Source: Rhodothermales bacterium
GTDB taxonomy: Bacteria; Bacteroidota; Rhodothermia; Rhodothermales; VXPQ01
NCBI GenBank assembly: GCA_040904565.1
Contig: JBBDTI010000080.1
Span: 3,970 to 18,010 of the forward strand
Reading direction: 5' to 3'
Length of the DNA stretch: 14,041 nucleotides
Positions 1-8,043 of this stretch are shown piece by piece; the first letter of the stretch is position 1; each line of letters starts with the position of its first letter. The position numbers and the translations under genes were made by a program. Below the pieces are notes generated by a model. The model made no database searches and was not told the origin of the DNA. It was given only the letters and a program-made list of their open reading frames with translations.

Positions 1-19
1 GCCTACTCCTCTGGATACG

Positions 20-131
20 CTACGACTCGTGGACTACGGTGAACTAGCTACGGTGGCCTGGCTACGGTGATCGAGCTACGATAAACCATCTGCGGTGAAC
101 CAGCTACGTTAAACCAGCTGCGTTAGACTGG
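20..131. repeat. Degenerate 14-bp tandem repeat, 8 units (consensus ~CTACGGTGAACCAG), with a partial 9th unit overlapping the stop codon at 132-134
   Basis: Units start at 20, 34, 48, 62, 76, 90, 104 and 118: CTACGACTCGTGGA, CTACGGTGAACTAG, CTACGGTGGCCTGG, CTACGGTGATCGAG, CTACGATAAACCAT, CTGCGGTGAACCAG, CTACGTTAAACCAG, CTGCGTTAGACTGG. The period is exactly 14 nt and CTRCG is invariant. Confidence 0.9.
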
Positions 132-2420
132 TTACGGCGTGAGGTCCACCGGCGTATGGGCCGACAGCTGATAGGATTCGCCGTCAAGCTCCATGGTAAC
201 GGCGCGGTCGGACTCGACGGCTGTGACGACGCCGTCTCGCAGCTGGAGTACGAACCGGCATGATGCGCTGAAGGAAACGTCGGCCGATCCGTCGCCGTCG
301 AGGTCGATCCGATCCCCTTCCCCGCCGGCGGACGTGCGGCCGACGTACATCGTGCCCTCGACGCGACCGAGGATGGAGGAAAAATCGTCGCCGTCGATCT
401 GGAAGCTCTCACGGACGTCCGCAGCGCTGGGATCGTCCGGGCTCCGGGGATAGACGAACACTTCTTTCGCCCGGTCGGCGGATTCGTATCGAACGGGTTT
501 GAGCCAGCCGTACGAACTCTGGATGGAAGGCGCCTCGTCCAGCATTCTAGCATCCGCATTGAGGCCGATGAAATTCTGCTGGTCCTCGCCCGGTGCGTAC
601 CGGGTCGAGGCGATGTGGTCTCCGATGGAGACGTCCAGCGCCCGGCCGTCGTCTTCAAGGATGGGCACGGTAAGGGCGAACGGATCGTCTTGCGGCGAGA
701 CGAGGCGGGAGAGCACGCCGTCAGGCGTCACGACGAAATCCTGCCGGAAGTACGGTCCGCCGCGCCCGGTGACATACGAATACGTCAGGCTGAAGCGCAC
801 GAGCAGCGGGTGCACGAAATGTACTTCGGGGGTGGCCCGGTAGTGTGTGTGCAGGTCGGCAATGCGGACCCATCGGTCGTGCTCGCGCCACGTGGGGCCG
901 AACGTTACCCCGCTGCCGGCCCGGTAGGCGTCCGCCGTCTCTCCGGCGCCTCGGCTGAAGGAGAGCGCCTCACCGGCGTCCCGGTCGTGCTCTCCGTCGG
1001 ACGGACCGAGCCGCCCGTCCCAATCCGCCCGAACAAATCGTACCACGCCGAGCGGCGTCCACGAGATGCCGTACTTGGGTACCGATGCCCCCCGGAGGTT
1101 CGCCTGGATCTGCATGCCGCCCGCGTTCGCGAAGAAGGTGGAGAAACGGGCATCCGTCGAAAACGCGTAGCCGCCGATCTCGGTCGGAGTGGGCTGTTCC
1201 TCGATGTCCGACTGCCGGGCCAGATAGGCCTCTGCCAGGTGCATGATGACGGCGCCCGTGTAATTGCCCCACTGGCTCGCCGGCTGATACCCCACCCGAT
1301 CGCCGGGCTCGAAACGGTTCTTTGTCAGATAGAAGGAGCCGGCCCACGGCTCGTCGTCCCGCACCCACCGCTGGATGCTGTCGAACGCCATGAGGGCCGC
1401 GCGACGATACTGTCCGGCCAGATACGTGTCACCTTCGGCCAGCGCCTGCTCCGCGAACACCTCGAAGGCGAGCTGATAGAGCACGTCGTTAAAGACGTGG
1501 TTGTCCGTCCGTCCGTTCGTGGGAGCCTGTCCGTCGGGAGCCTGCAGCAGAAGTGAGGTTCTCGTGCCGCGTCGAATGGCGACGTCGATCTCCTCGGCGG
1601 ACGGTCCGTCGTAACCGTGCGCGATGAGTCCGATGAGATTCCCGCGGCCCACGGCTTCCACGGCGTGCGACTGCGGATCGCTGCTCCAGTCCTGATACAG
1701 ATTCCACTTGTCCGTCAGGATCCGCGTACGCTGCGTCTTCTCATTCCATTCCCGTTCAATGATCTCGTATGCCTCCTGGCGATCCACGAGTCCGGCCTGG
1801 GCGCGCATCCACTCGCCCTTCATGGCGTAGGTTCGCCAGTTGTTGATGCGGCCCGTGAAGTCGCGCATGATGGTGCCGAGGGGTGTTTCGAGCCGTTCGT
1901 GCCAGCGGTCGTAGGTGGCTGCGTCCACCTCGTCCTCGTAGAGATGGAGCGCTTCCGTCAACGCGGCGATGAAGAACTCGCCGTGGGCGTCGGGAATACC
2001 TTCGCTGCCCTCGGCGAAGCGGGCCGTGGCGTGCTCCATCGCACGGATGCCTGGTTCGTGCAGTGCTTCGCCGCGATCGGCGTCGAGCAGCGCGCCGACC
2101 GCGATAGCGAAGTACGGTGTCGAGTACTGATGTTCGCGATCCAGGTAAGGATCGATGATGGCGCCGCGCTCGTCCTGGTGCTGGGCCACGACGGTACAGG
2201 CTCCTTCGAGGGCGTCGAGATAAGCCTCGGCTGAAATGTCGAGGGGCTGCCAGGGACGCGCCGTCAGGTGGAAGGGAAGCTCGGGGAGCGTCGCGGGCGC
2301 GTCTTCAGTGGGATGGATGGGGACGGCCGTCTGGGCGGCGGACGGTCGCCCGGCCAGGGCAGTAAGCGCCCAGGTCAGGATGACCACTATGAGGCATCGA
2401 ATGGACTGTCGCGGGGTCAT
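132..2420 (-). CDS. Secreted uncharacterised protein (762 aa), possibly a heparinase II/III- or polysaccharide-lyase-like alpha-toroid + beta-sandwich enzyme
   Basis: Long ORF. The ATG at 2420 gives a Sec signal peptide (MTPRQSIRCLIVVILTWALTALAGRPSAA/Q), whereas the longer 2636 start would overlap the divergent gene. The N-half looks helical and carries NNWRTY and GRTDNHVFND motifs; the C-half looks beta-rich, with a DLDGDGSAD Dx[DN]xDG loop near the end. The function is inferred. Confidence 0.75.
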   Translation of the reverse strand: MTPRQSIRCLIVVILTWALTALAGRPSAAQTAVPIHPTEDAPATLPELPFHLTARPWQPLDISAEAYLDALEGACTVVAQHQDERGAIIDPYLDREHQYSTPYFAIAVGALLDADRGEALHEPGIRAMEHATARFAEGSEGIPDAHGEFFIAALTEALHLYEDEVDAATYDRWHERLETPLGTIMRDFTGRINNWRTYAMKGEWMRAQAGLVDRQEAYEIIEREWNEKTQRTRILTDKWNLYQDWSSDPQSHAVEAVGRGNLIGLIAHGYDGPSAEEIDVAIRRGTRTSLLLQAPDGQAPTNGRTDNHVFNDVLYQLAFEVFAEQALAEGDTYLAGQYRRAALMAFDSIQRWVRDDEPWAGSFYLTKNRFEPGDRVGYQPASQWGNYTGAVIMHLAEAYLARQSDIEEQPTPTEIGGYAFSTDARFSTFFANAGGMQIQANLRGASVPKYGISWTPLGVVRFVRADWDGRLGPSDGEHDRDAGEALSFSRGAGETADAYRAGSGVTFGPTWREHDRWVRIADLHTHYRATPEVHFVHPLLVRFSLTYSYVTGRGGPYFRQDFVVTPDGVLSRLVSPQDDPFALTVPILEDDGRALDVSIGDHIASTRYAPGEDQQNFIGLNADARMLDEAPSIQSSYGWLKPVRYESADRAKEVFVYPRSPDDPSAADVRESFQIDGDDFSSILGRVEGTMYVGRTSAGGEGDRIDLDGDGSADVSFSASCRFVLQLRDGVVTAVESDRAVTMELDGESYQLSAHTPVDLTP

Positions 2421-2634
2421 AAAGGGAGAGACAGGAGGTTGCGGCGTAGCGAACCAGGTGGTCGACGGCCGTCGGTCGGGCGATACGGCATGCAAGATAA
2501 AGAGCTTCGGATAGGAGTTCACGGAATCCGGTGATGCGCGAGATGCGGCCGCGCGGGTGATTCTCGCAATGATGCTGCGGTCCGTTATCTTGTGGATCCG
2601 CACGGCACTTCGATCGAATGAGTACGAAAGCACC

Positions 2635-3177
2635 ATGCCGACACCTTTTCAGACCGCACTTGCGGACACACTGGATATTGAAGGAGGGTACAGCGACCAT
2701 CCGTCCGATCGCGGTGGCGCGACGCGCTACGGGATTACGGAAAGCCTTGCCCGGGCCTACGATTATGAGGGGGCCATGAGTGAGCTCCCGTTCGAGACGG
2801 CGGAACGGATCTACCAGGAGCATTTCTGGGAGTTCATGCGGCTCGAGCGGGTGGCCGTCGTCGATGCAGCGTTGGCCGAAGAAGTCTTCGACACGGCGGT
2901 CAACGTGGGCCGAGGCCGTGCGGGAACGTGGTTCCAGCGGCTGCTCAACGCCCTGAATCGGAAGGAATCCATCTACGCCGACATCGCCGTGGACGGTGCG
3001 ATCGGTCCCGTGACGCTGCGTGCTTTTCAGGCCTACGTCGACTATAGAGGCGACGAAGGGATCGACGTATTTAAGAAAGGATTCAATGCGCTGCGGGGTG
3101 AGCATTACATCGCGCTCGCGGAGGCCGATGGGGACCAGGAGGCCTTTGTTTTTGGCTGGCTGCGGACGCGATTGTAA
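2635..3177 (+). CDS. Glycoside hydrolase family 108 N-acetylmuramidase (phage-lysozyme-like) with C-terminal peptidoglycan-binding (PG_binding_3-type) domain
   Basis: Signature EGGYSDHPSDRGGATRYGIT, plus FDTAVNVG, VDGAIGPVT and C-terminal FVFGWLRTR. The ATG at 2635 places EGGY about 15 residues from the N-terminus, as is typical; 180 aa. Confidence 0.92.
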   Translation: MPTPFQTALADTLDIEGGYSDHPSDRGGATRYGITESLARAYDYEGAMSELPFETAERIYQEHFWEFMRLERVAVVDAALAEEVFDTAVNVGRGRAGTWFQRLLNALNRKESIYADIAVDGAIGPVTLRAFQAYVDYRGDEGIDVFKKGFNALRGEHYIALAEADGDQEAFVFGWLRTRL

Positions 3178-3244
3178 GCGTGCAGGTGGGGGGCGGAGGC
3201 CGGCCTGACGAAAAAGGGAATGCGGCAGCCGGCCCGCCGAAATG

Positions 3245-3258
3245 GTAAATCATTACCG
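3245..3258. promoter_or_regulatory. Candidate palindromic operator GGTAA-ATCA-TTACC upstream of the SDR gene
   Basis: 5-4-5 inverted repeat in an AT-rich patch about 70 bp upstream of the ATG at 3328. It resembles LacI-type GGTAANCGNTTACC boxes but lacks the central CG. Confidence 0.3.
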
Positions 3259-3327
3259 TGAACAGTAAAGCAGTATCGTGAGTTGTGAAGCATCATCGTA
3301 AAGACCAGGCGCGCGCGGGACATCCTT

Positions 3328-4092
3328 ATGGAATTTGATGGACGAACGGTCGTCGTCACGGGGGCGGCGAAGGGCATCGGCGAAGCTGCGTCGGACGTCT
3401 TCTACGAGCGCGGCGCGAACGTCGTCCGGCTCGACATCGATCCGGACGATGAACGGTCGGCTCCAGGTGCGATGGACGCCGATCGGACGATGTACGTCGC
3501 GTGTGACGTCTCCCGATCCGACCAGGTCGCCGCGGCATTCGACCGGGTTGCGGACCGCTACGGAGGGGTCGACATCCTCGTCAACAATGCCGGCATCCAG
3601 GTCTACGGCAGCGTGACGGACACCTCGGAGTCTGACTGGGACCGCGTGATGGACGTCAACGTGAAGGGGGCGTTTCTCTGCGCGCGGGCGGCGTTGGCGC
3701 GGATGACGCGCGGCGTCATCGTCAACGTCTCGAGCGTGCAGGGCCTGATGAGCGAGTCGAACGTCGCTGCGTACGCCACGAGCAAGACGGCCCTGCTCGG
3801 CCTCACGCGAAGCATTGCCGTGGATTACGCGCCGGACGTAAGATGCGTGGCCGTGTGCCCCGGTACGGTCGACACGCCCTTGCTCCGGTGGGCCGTCAGC
3901 GAGTGGGAGGATCCCGAGTCCATGATGGACGACGTCCGCGCCATGCATCTCCTCGGCCGGATCGCGCAGCCGGAGGAGATCGCCCGCTTCATCGCCTTTC
4001 TGGCGAGCGACGAGGCATCCTTCGTTACGGGCCACGAGTACCGCATCGACGGTGGGCTCGGCGTTAAGGTTGGCGGTACGCTGCGGCGATGA
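3328..4092 (+). CDS. Classical SDR-family NAD-dependent oxidoreductase, aldohexose/glucose dehydrogenase-like
   Basis: TGAAKGIG Rossmann motif, acidic LDID after beta2 (NAD preference), NNAG, NVSSVQG and catalytic YATSK. The segment SIAVDYAPDVRCVAVCPGTVDTPL resembles AldT-type aldohexose dehydrogenases. Confidence 0.93.
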   Translation: MEFDGRTVVVTGAAKGIGEAASDVFYERGANVVRLDIDPDDERSAPGAMDADRTMYVACDVSRSDQVAAAFDRVADRYGGVDILVNNAGIQVYGSVTDTSESDWDRVMDVNVKGAFLCARAALARMTRGVIVNVSSVQGLMSESNVAAYATSKTALLGLTRSIAVDYAPDVRCVAVCPGTVDTPLLRWAVSEWEDPESMMDDVRAMHLLGRIAQPEEIARFIAFLASDEASFVTGHEYRIDGGLGVKVGGTLRR

Positions 4093-5282
4093 AGACGACA
4101 CGGCCTGCATCGGAAACGCGCGCAGACGTCGCCGGCGGGCGAACCCGTATACGGTTCGATCGGAACGAACTGGCGGGTGCGTTCGGAGACATGGGAACGG
4201 ACGTGCCGCTGCTGATCGGCATGGCGCTCGTTGCCGGACTCGACGGTACGAGCGTGCTCGTGCTCTTCGGAGTCATGCAGATTCTGACCGGACTCGTCTA
4301 CCGGATGCCGATGCCGGTCCAGCCCCTGAAGGCCATGGCGGCCATCGTGATCGCACAGGAAGCGACGGCATCGATGCTCTACGGTGCGGGCCTGGCGATA
4401 GGCGTCGTGATGCTCGTGCTCGCCGTAACGGGCCTGCTGGACTGGTTGGGGCGCGTTATTCCGAAGTGCGTCGTGCGCGGTATTCAGTTCGGACTCGGGC
4501 TCCAGCTGGCCTACGTGGCGTTAGGCGATTTCGTCCAGGCCGACGGCTTTTCGGGCTATGTCCTCGCGGCGGTGGCGTTCGTCATCACCGTCCTCCTCCT
4601 CGGAAACAAGCGCTTTCCCGCGGCGCTCCCGGTCGTCGTACTCGGCGTAGCCTATGCCGTAGCATTCAACTTCGACGAGGGGATGATGTCCAGCAGCTTC
4701 GGTTTCGGGCTTCCGGAGATGCACGTACCCCGGCTCACGGACATCGCGACGGGATTTCTGATCCTGGCATTGCCGCAGATCCCCCTCTCGCTGGGTAACT
4801 CGGTCCTGGCTACGAGGCAGCTGTCGGAGGATCTGTTTCCGAAGCGTCCGCTGACTATTCGGAAAATCGGGGTTAGCTACGCGTTGATGAACCTCGTCAA
4901 TCCCTGGTTCGGAGGCGTACCTACGTGCCATGGATCCGGGGGCATGGCCGGGCATTTTGCCTTCGGCGGGCGGACCGGCGGGTCGGTCGTCATCTACGGA
5001 CTGCTATTTATCTCGCTCGGACTCTTTTTTGGAGGAGGCTTCGATCAGATGGCGCGGGCCTTTCCGCTCCCCATGCTGGGCATTCTGCTGCTGTTCGAGG
5101 CGCTCGCGCTGATCTGGCTCGTCCGCGACACGGCCCACTCCCGCACGGAGTTCCCCATCGCAGCGCTGGTCGCCCTGCTCGCCGTCGGACTGCCGTATGG
5201 GTACGTCGTCGGGCTGGTCGTAGGCACCATCCTCGCCTATCTGAGCGGGCATACGCGGCTGATCAGTCCGGATGCCGTATGA
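4089..5282 (+). CDS. Putative molybdate/sulfate transporter, MOT1 (MFS_MOT1) family
   Basis: Family motifs ELAGAFGDMGT, PMPVQPLKAM, PQIPLSLGNS and PTCHGSGGMAGHFAFGGRTGGS; about 10-12 hydrophobic segments. ATGA overlap with the SDR stop. Confidence 0.9.
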   Translation: MKTTRPASETRADVAGGRTRIRFDRNELAGAFGDMGTDVPLLIGMALVAGLDGTSVLVLFGVMQILTGLVYRMPMPVQPLKAMAAIVIAQEATASMLYGAGLAIGVVMLVLAVTGLLDWLGRVIPKCVVRGIQFGLGLQLAYVALGDFVQADGFSGYVLAAVAFVITVLLLGNKRFPAALPVVVLGVAYAVAFNFDEGMMSSSFGFGLPEMHVPRLTDIATGFLILALPQIPLSLGNSVLATRQLSEDLFPKRPLTIRKIGVSYALMNLVNPWFGGVPTCHGSGGMAGHFAFGGRTGGSVVIYGLLFISLGLFFGGGFDQMARAFPLPMLGILLLFEALALIWLVRDTAHSRTEFPIAALVALLAVGLPYGYVVGLVVGTILAYLSGHTRLISPDAV

Positions 5283-5446
5283 GCCGCCTCCGGTAACGCC
5301 CCGGCGACCCGCAGCGCGAAACGAGGGTACGGCCTGGAGGGTGCCCGCTTATCGGTTTATGCGTAACGCGGTGGCCGCGTAACAATGTTAGTGCGCGCGA
5401 CACGGACAAAGCCCGTCCCGGATGTTCATCTTCGTTCCGTTTCCTT

Positions 5447-6283
5447 ATGCCGCATCGCGTTGTGCTGCTCGCCGCCGTGCTGTCGACCCTCTTTCTCTAC
5501 GGCTGCGATGAGCGGGCGGCCGTTCGCGTCGCAGGTTCCTCGACGGTGCTGCCCGTGATTTCCAGAGCGGCCGAGCAGTTTCGGGTGGACCATCCGGAAG
5601 TCAATGTGATCGTAAATGCCGGAGGCTCGGGTGTCGGTATCAACCAGCTCGGCGAAGGCAAGATCGATGTGGGAATGTCCTCCCGTGAGCTCACAGCGGC
5701 CGAGCGGGACCGGTATCCGGAGGCGGACTTCAGGATCCACGCCGTCGGGCTCGACGCGGTGGTGCCCGCCGTGTCCTCGGAGATCTATGAGGCGGGCGTG
5801 ACGTCGCTTTCTCTCGACCAGATCGCGGACATCTATCGGGGTGAGATCGGGAACTGGAGGGGTGTAGGCGGGCCCGATCGGGATATTCTCGTCGTCGACA
5901 AGGAGGCCTCCCGCGGCACGCGCCACGTCTTTATGGAGGCCGTATTTGGAGACGGAGGAGCCGAGGCTCCGGGCGCCGATCTGGTCCTGGGGTCCAACAA
6001 TGAGGAGCAAACGGCCGTCACGCAAAGCGACGCGGCCATCGGCATGCTTTCGGTTGCCTGGCTCAATGAGGACGTGCGCGGGCTGGCGATCGATACGGAG
6101 GACAGCTCCGTGGTGTCACCTACGCCAGAACGGATGGCCGCCGGAAAGTACCCCATCACCCGGGAGCTGTTGCTTATCACGACCGGTACGCCGGAAGGCA
6201 GTGCGCGGCAGTTTCTCGAGTTTTTGTTGAGTGCAGACGGACAACGTATCGTGGAGGAAGCAGGATATGTCCGTCTCCGGTAG
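5447..6283 (+). CDS. pstS: PstS-like (PBP2) phosphate ABC transporter substrate-binding lipoprotein, atypical binding loop
   Basis: Lipobox LYG/C20, AGSSTVLP, GGSGVGI, DVGMSSREL, IYRGEIGNW and YPITRELL; first gene of an ABC operon. Confidence 0.88.
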   Translation: MPHRVVLLAAVLSTLFLYGCDERAAVRVAGSSTVLPVISRAAEQFRVDHPEVNVIVNAGGSGVGINQLGEGKIDVGMSSRELTAAERDRYPEADFRIHAVGLDAVVPAVSSEIYEAGVTSLSLDQIADIYRGEIGNWRGVGGPDRDILVVDKEASRGTRHVFMEAVFGDGGAEAPGADLVLGSNNEEQTAVTQSDAAIGMLSVAWLNEDVRGLAIDTEDSSVVSPTPERMAAGKYPITRELLLITTGTPEGSARQFLEFLLSADGQRIVEEAGYVRLR

Positions 6284-7139
6284 AATCGGAAAAGGATTCG
6301 TCGTTGGCAGCACGCTGGTCAGCGCTTCGGTCATTTTCCTGATCGGCGTCTTCTTGCTGCTCTACAGCTGGGACGCGGTAGTGCGCGAAGGATGGCTGCT
6401 CTTCGGCGGGACGTGGAATCCGGCGGACGGACGGTTCGGGATCCTGGCCATGCTCTACGGAACGGCCGCCGTCACGGCGATCGCCCTCGTCGTGGCGCTC
6501 CCGCTCGGCCTCGCGACGGCCGTATTCACGGCGGAGATCCTGCCGGGCCGCTACCGGCTCGCGGTCAAGTCCGCCCTGGAACTTCTCGCGGGTATTCCTT
6601 CGATCGTTTACGGACTCGTCGCCGTCGCGCTCGTGAGCGTGTGGATCGAGGACCTGTTCGCGCTGCAGACGGGACGGACCGTGTTGTCGGCCGGACTGAT
6701 TCTCGCCGTAATGATTCTTCCGACGATGATTACCCTGTCGGACGACGCGCTGCATCACGTGCCGAGGAGATATCGCGAGGCCGCGGAGGCGCTCGGCCTG
6801 TATCGGTTTGAAGTCGTCCGACGTGCCGTCTGGCCGATCGCACGGACGGACGTGGCCGGCGCGGCGCTCCTCGCGCTCGGACGTGCCATGGGTGAAACGA
6901 TGGCGACCATGCTCGTGGTGGGCGGCGTCGATCGATTGCCGGGGTCGCCGGCGGACGTTCTGCTGCCCGGGCAGACGATTACCTCCAAGCTGGGACGCGA
7001 GATGGCGGAGACGGCCTTCGGCTCCGTCCACTTCAGCGCCATGATCTTCATGGGCCTGGTCCTTTTCGTTTTCGTTCTCGGGCTCACGATGGTGGCGCTG
7101 ATCTATTTCTACCATCCCGAAGATCGTCGCTATGTGTAG
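6267..7139 (+). CDS. pstC: Phosphate ABC transporter permease PstC
   Basis: FGILAMLYGT, ELLAGIPSIVYG, EAA loop (YREAAEALG) and GRAMGETMA. The ATG at 6267 follows a purine-rich GAGGAAGCAGGA stretch and overlaps the end of pstS. Confidence 0.9.
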   Translation: MSVSGRIGKGFVVGSTLVSASVIFLIGVFLLLYSWDAVVREGWLLFGGTWNPADGRFGILAMLYGTAAVTAIALVVALPLGLATAVFTAEILPGRYRLAVKSALELLAGIPSIVYGLVAVALVSVWIEDLFALQTGRTVLSAGLILAVMILPTMITLSDDALHHVPRRYREAAEALGLYRFEVVRRAVWPIARTDVAGAALLALGRAMGETMATMLVVGGVDRLPGSPADVLLPGQTITSKLGREMAETAFGSVHFSAMIFMGLVLFVFVLGLTMVALIYFYHPEDRRYV

Positions 7140-7178
7140 GGTAGGCGATCATATGTCCGGTACACTGCAACTATTCGA

Positions 7179-8036
7179 GTGAAGCGCATTTCCCGACACT
7201 GGATCAATCGCTGCTTCGTGTTCGCGGCCTGGACGGCTGCCGGCCTGTGCGGCCTGCTGCTGGCCGGACTGCTTGCGGCGATTACGTGGAAGGGCATGGG
7301 GGCGATGAATCCGGAGTTCCTGCTCACGCGTGCACGTGACTTCGGCTCGGCGGGCGGTATCTTCTATCAGCTCGCCGGGAGCCTCCTCCTCGTCGTCGCC
7401 GCGGCCCTGCTGTGCTTTCCCGTGGCCGTGGGTACGGCGCTCTTTAAAAGCGAGTACTTGCGGAGCAAACGCCTCAAGCACCTCTCCACGCTGCTCGTAT
7501 ACGGACTCAACGGTGTGCCGTCGATCATCTTCGGGATATTCGGACTCATCTTCTTCGTGAACGTCCTCGATACGGGTGTTTCCTGGTTTGTAGGTTCGGT
7601 CATCCTCGCCATGATGATGCTTCCGACCGTCGTGCAGGCGGCCTATCAGGCGATCGAGAGCATTCCGACGATGTACCGGGAGAGTGCGCGAGCACTCGGG
7701 CTCAGTAAGTGGCAGATCGTCGTCAAAGTGCTGCTTCCGCAAGGGCTGGGCGGGGCGATCACGGGGCTGTTCCTGGGACTGGCCCGAGCGGTCGGGGAAA
7801 CGGCGCCCATCATGTTCATCGCCACGGCGTTCTCCGGCGTAGACGTCCCCGGATCCCTCTTCGAGCCGGTTACGACGCTGCCGACCCATCTGCTTGCGCT
7901 CGCCCAGCAGGCGACCGATCCGCAGGCACTGCAGAACGCGTGGGGAACGGGCCTCGTATTGATGGGACTTGTAACGTGCTTTAGCGTGCTGGGCCTCGTG
8001 AGTCGAACGAAACTGAGAAGATTTAGTCAGCGATAA
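7179..8036 (+). CDS. pstA: Phosphate ABC transporter permease PstA
   Basis: GGIFYQLAGS, NGVPSIIFGIFG, YRESARALG, ARAVGETAPI and TTLPTHL. GTG start; the exact start is uncertain. Confidence 0.9.
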   Translation: MKRISRHWINRCFVFAAWTAAGLCGLLLAGLLAAITWKGMGAMNPEFLLTRARDFGSAGGIFYQLAGSLLLVVAAALLCFPVAVGTALFKSEYLRSKRLKHLSTLLVYGLNGVPSIIFGIFGLIFFVNVLDTGVSWFVGSVILAMMMLPTVVQAAYQAIESIPTMYRESARALGLSKWQIVVKVLLPQGLGGAITGLFLGLARAVGETAPIMFIATAFSGVDVPGSLFEPVTTLPTHLLALAQQATDPQALQNAWGTGLVLMGLVTCFSVLGLVSRTKLRRFSQR

Positions 8037-8043
8037 GCCGCTT

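Noticed and set aside
20-131. 14-bp array as a CRISPR array or coding repeat
   Set aside because: The units are too short and degenerate, with no unique spacers and no cas genes. The period is not a multiple of 3.
2421-2636. 72-aa N-terminal extension of the 834-aa ORF, and the 26-aa extension of the GH108 ORF from 2557
   Set aside because: The two extensions overlap each other head-to-head. The internal ATGs at 2420 and 2635 give a proper signal peptide and a family-typical N-terminus.
2635-3177. Prophage inferred from the lysozyme
   Set aside because: There is no holin, structural, integrase or other phage gene in the window.
3191-3237. GC-rich imperfect inverted repeat after GH108 as a terminator
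   Set aside because: It has a loop of about 23 nt, a bulged stem and no U-tract. Such pairing is common at this GC content.
5283-5446. Classical Pho box upstream of pstS
   Set aside because: There are no CTGTCAT-like or TTAACA-like direct repeats at 11-bp spacing; the GCGTAAC repeats are 16 bp apart.
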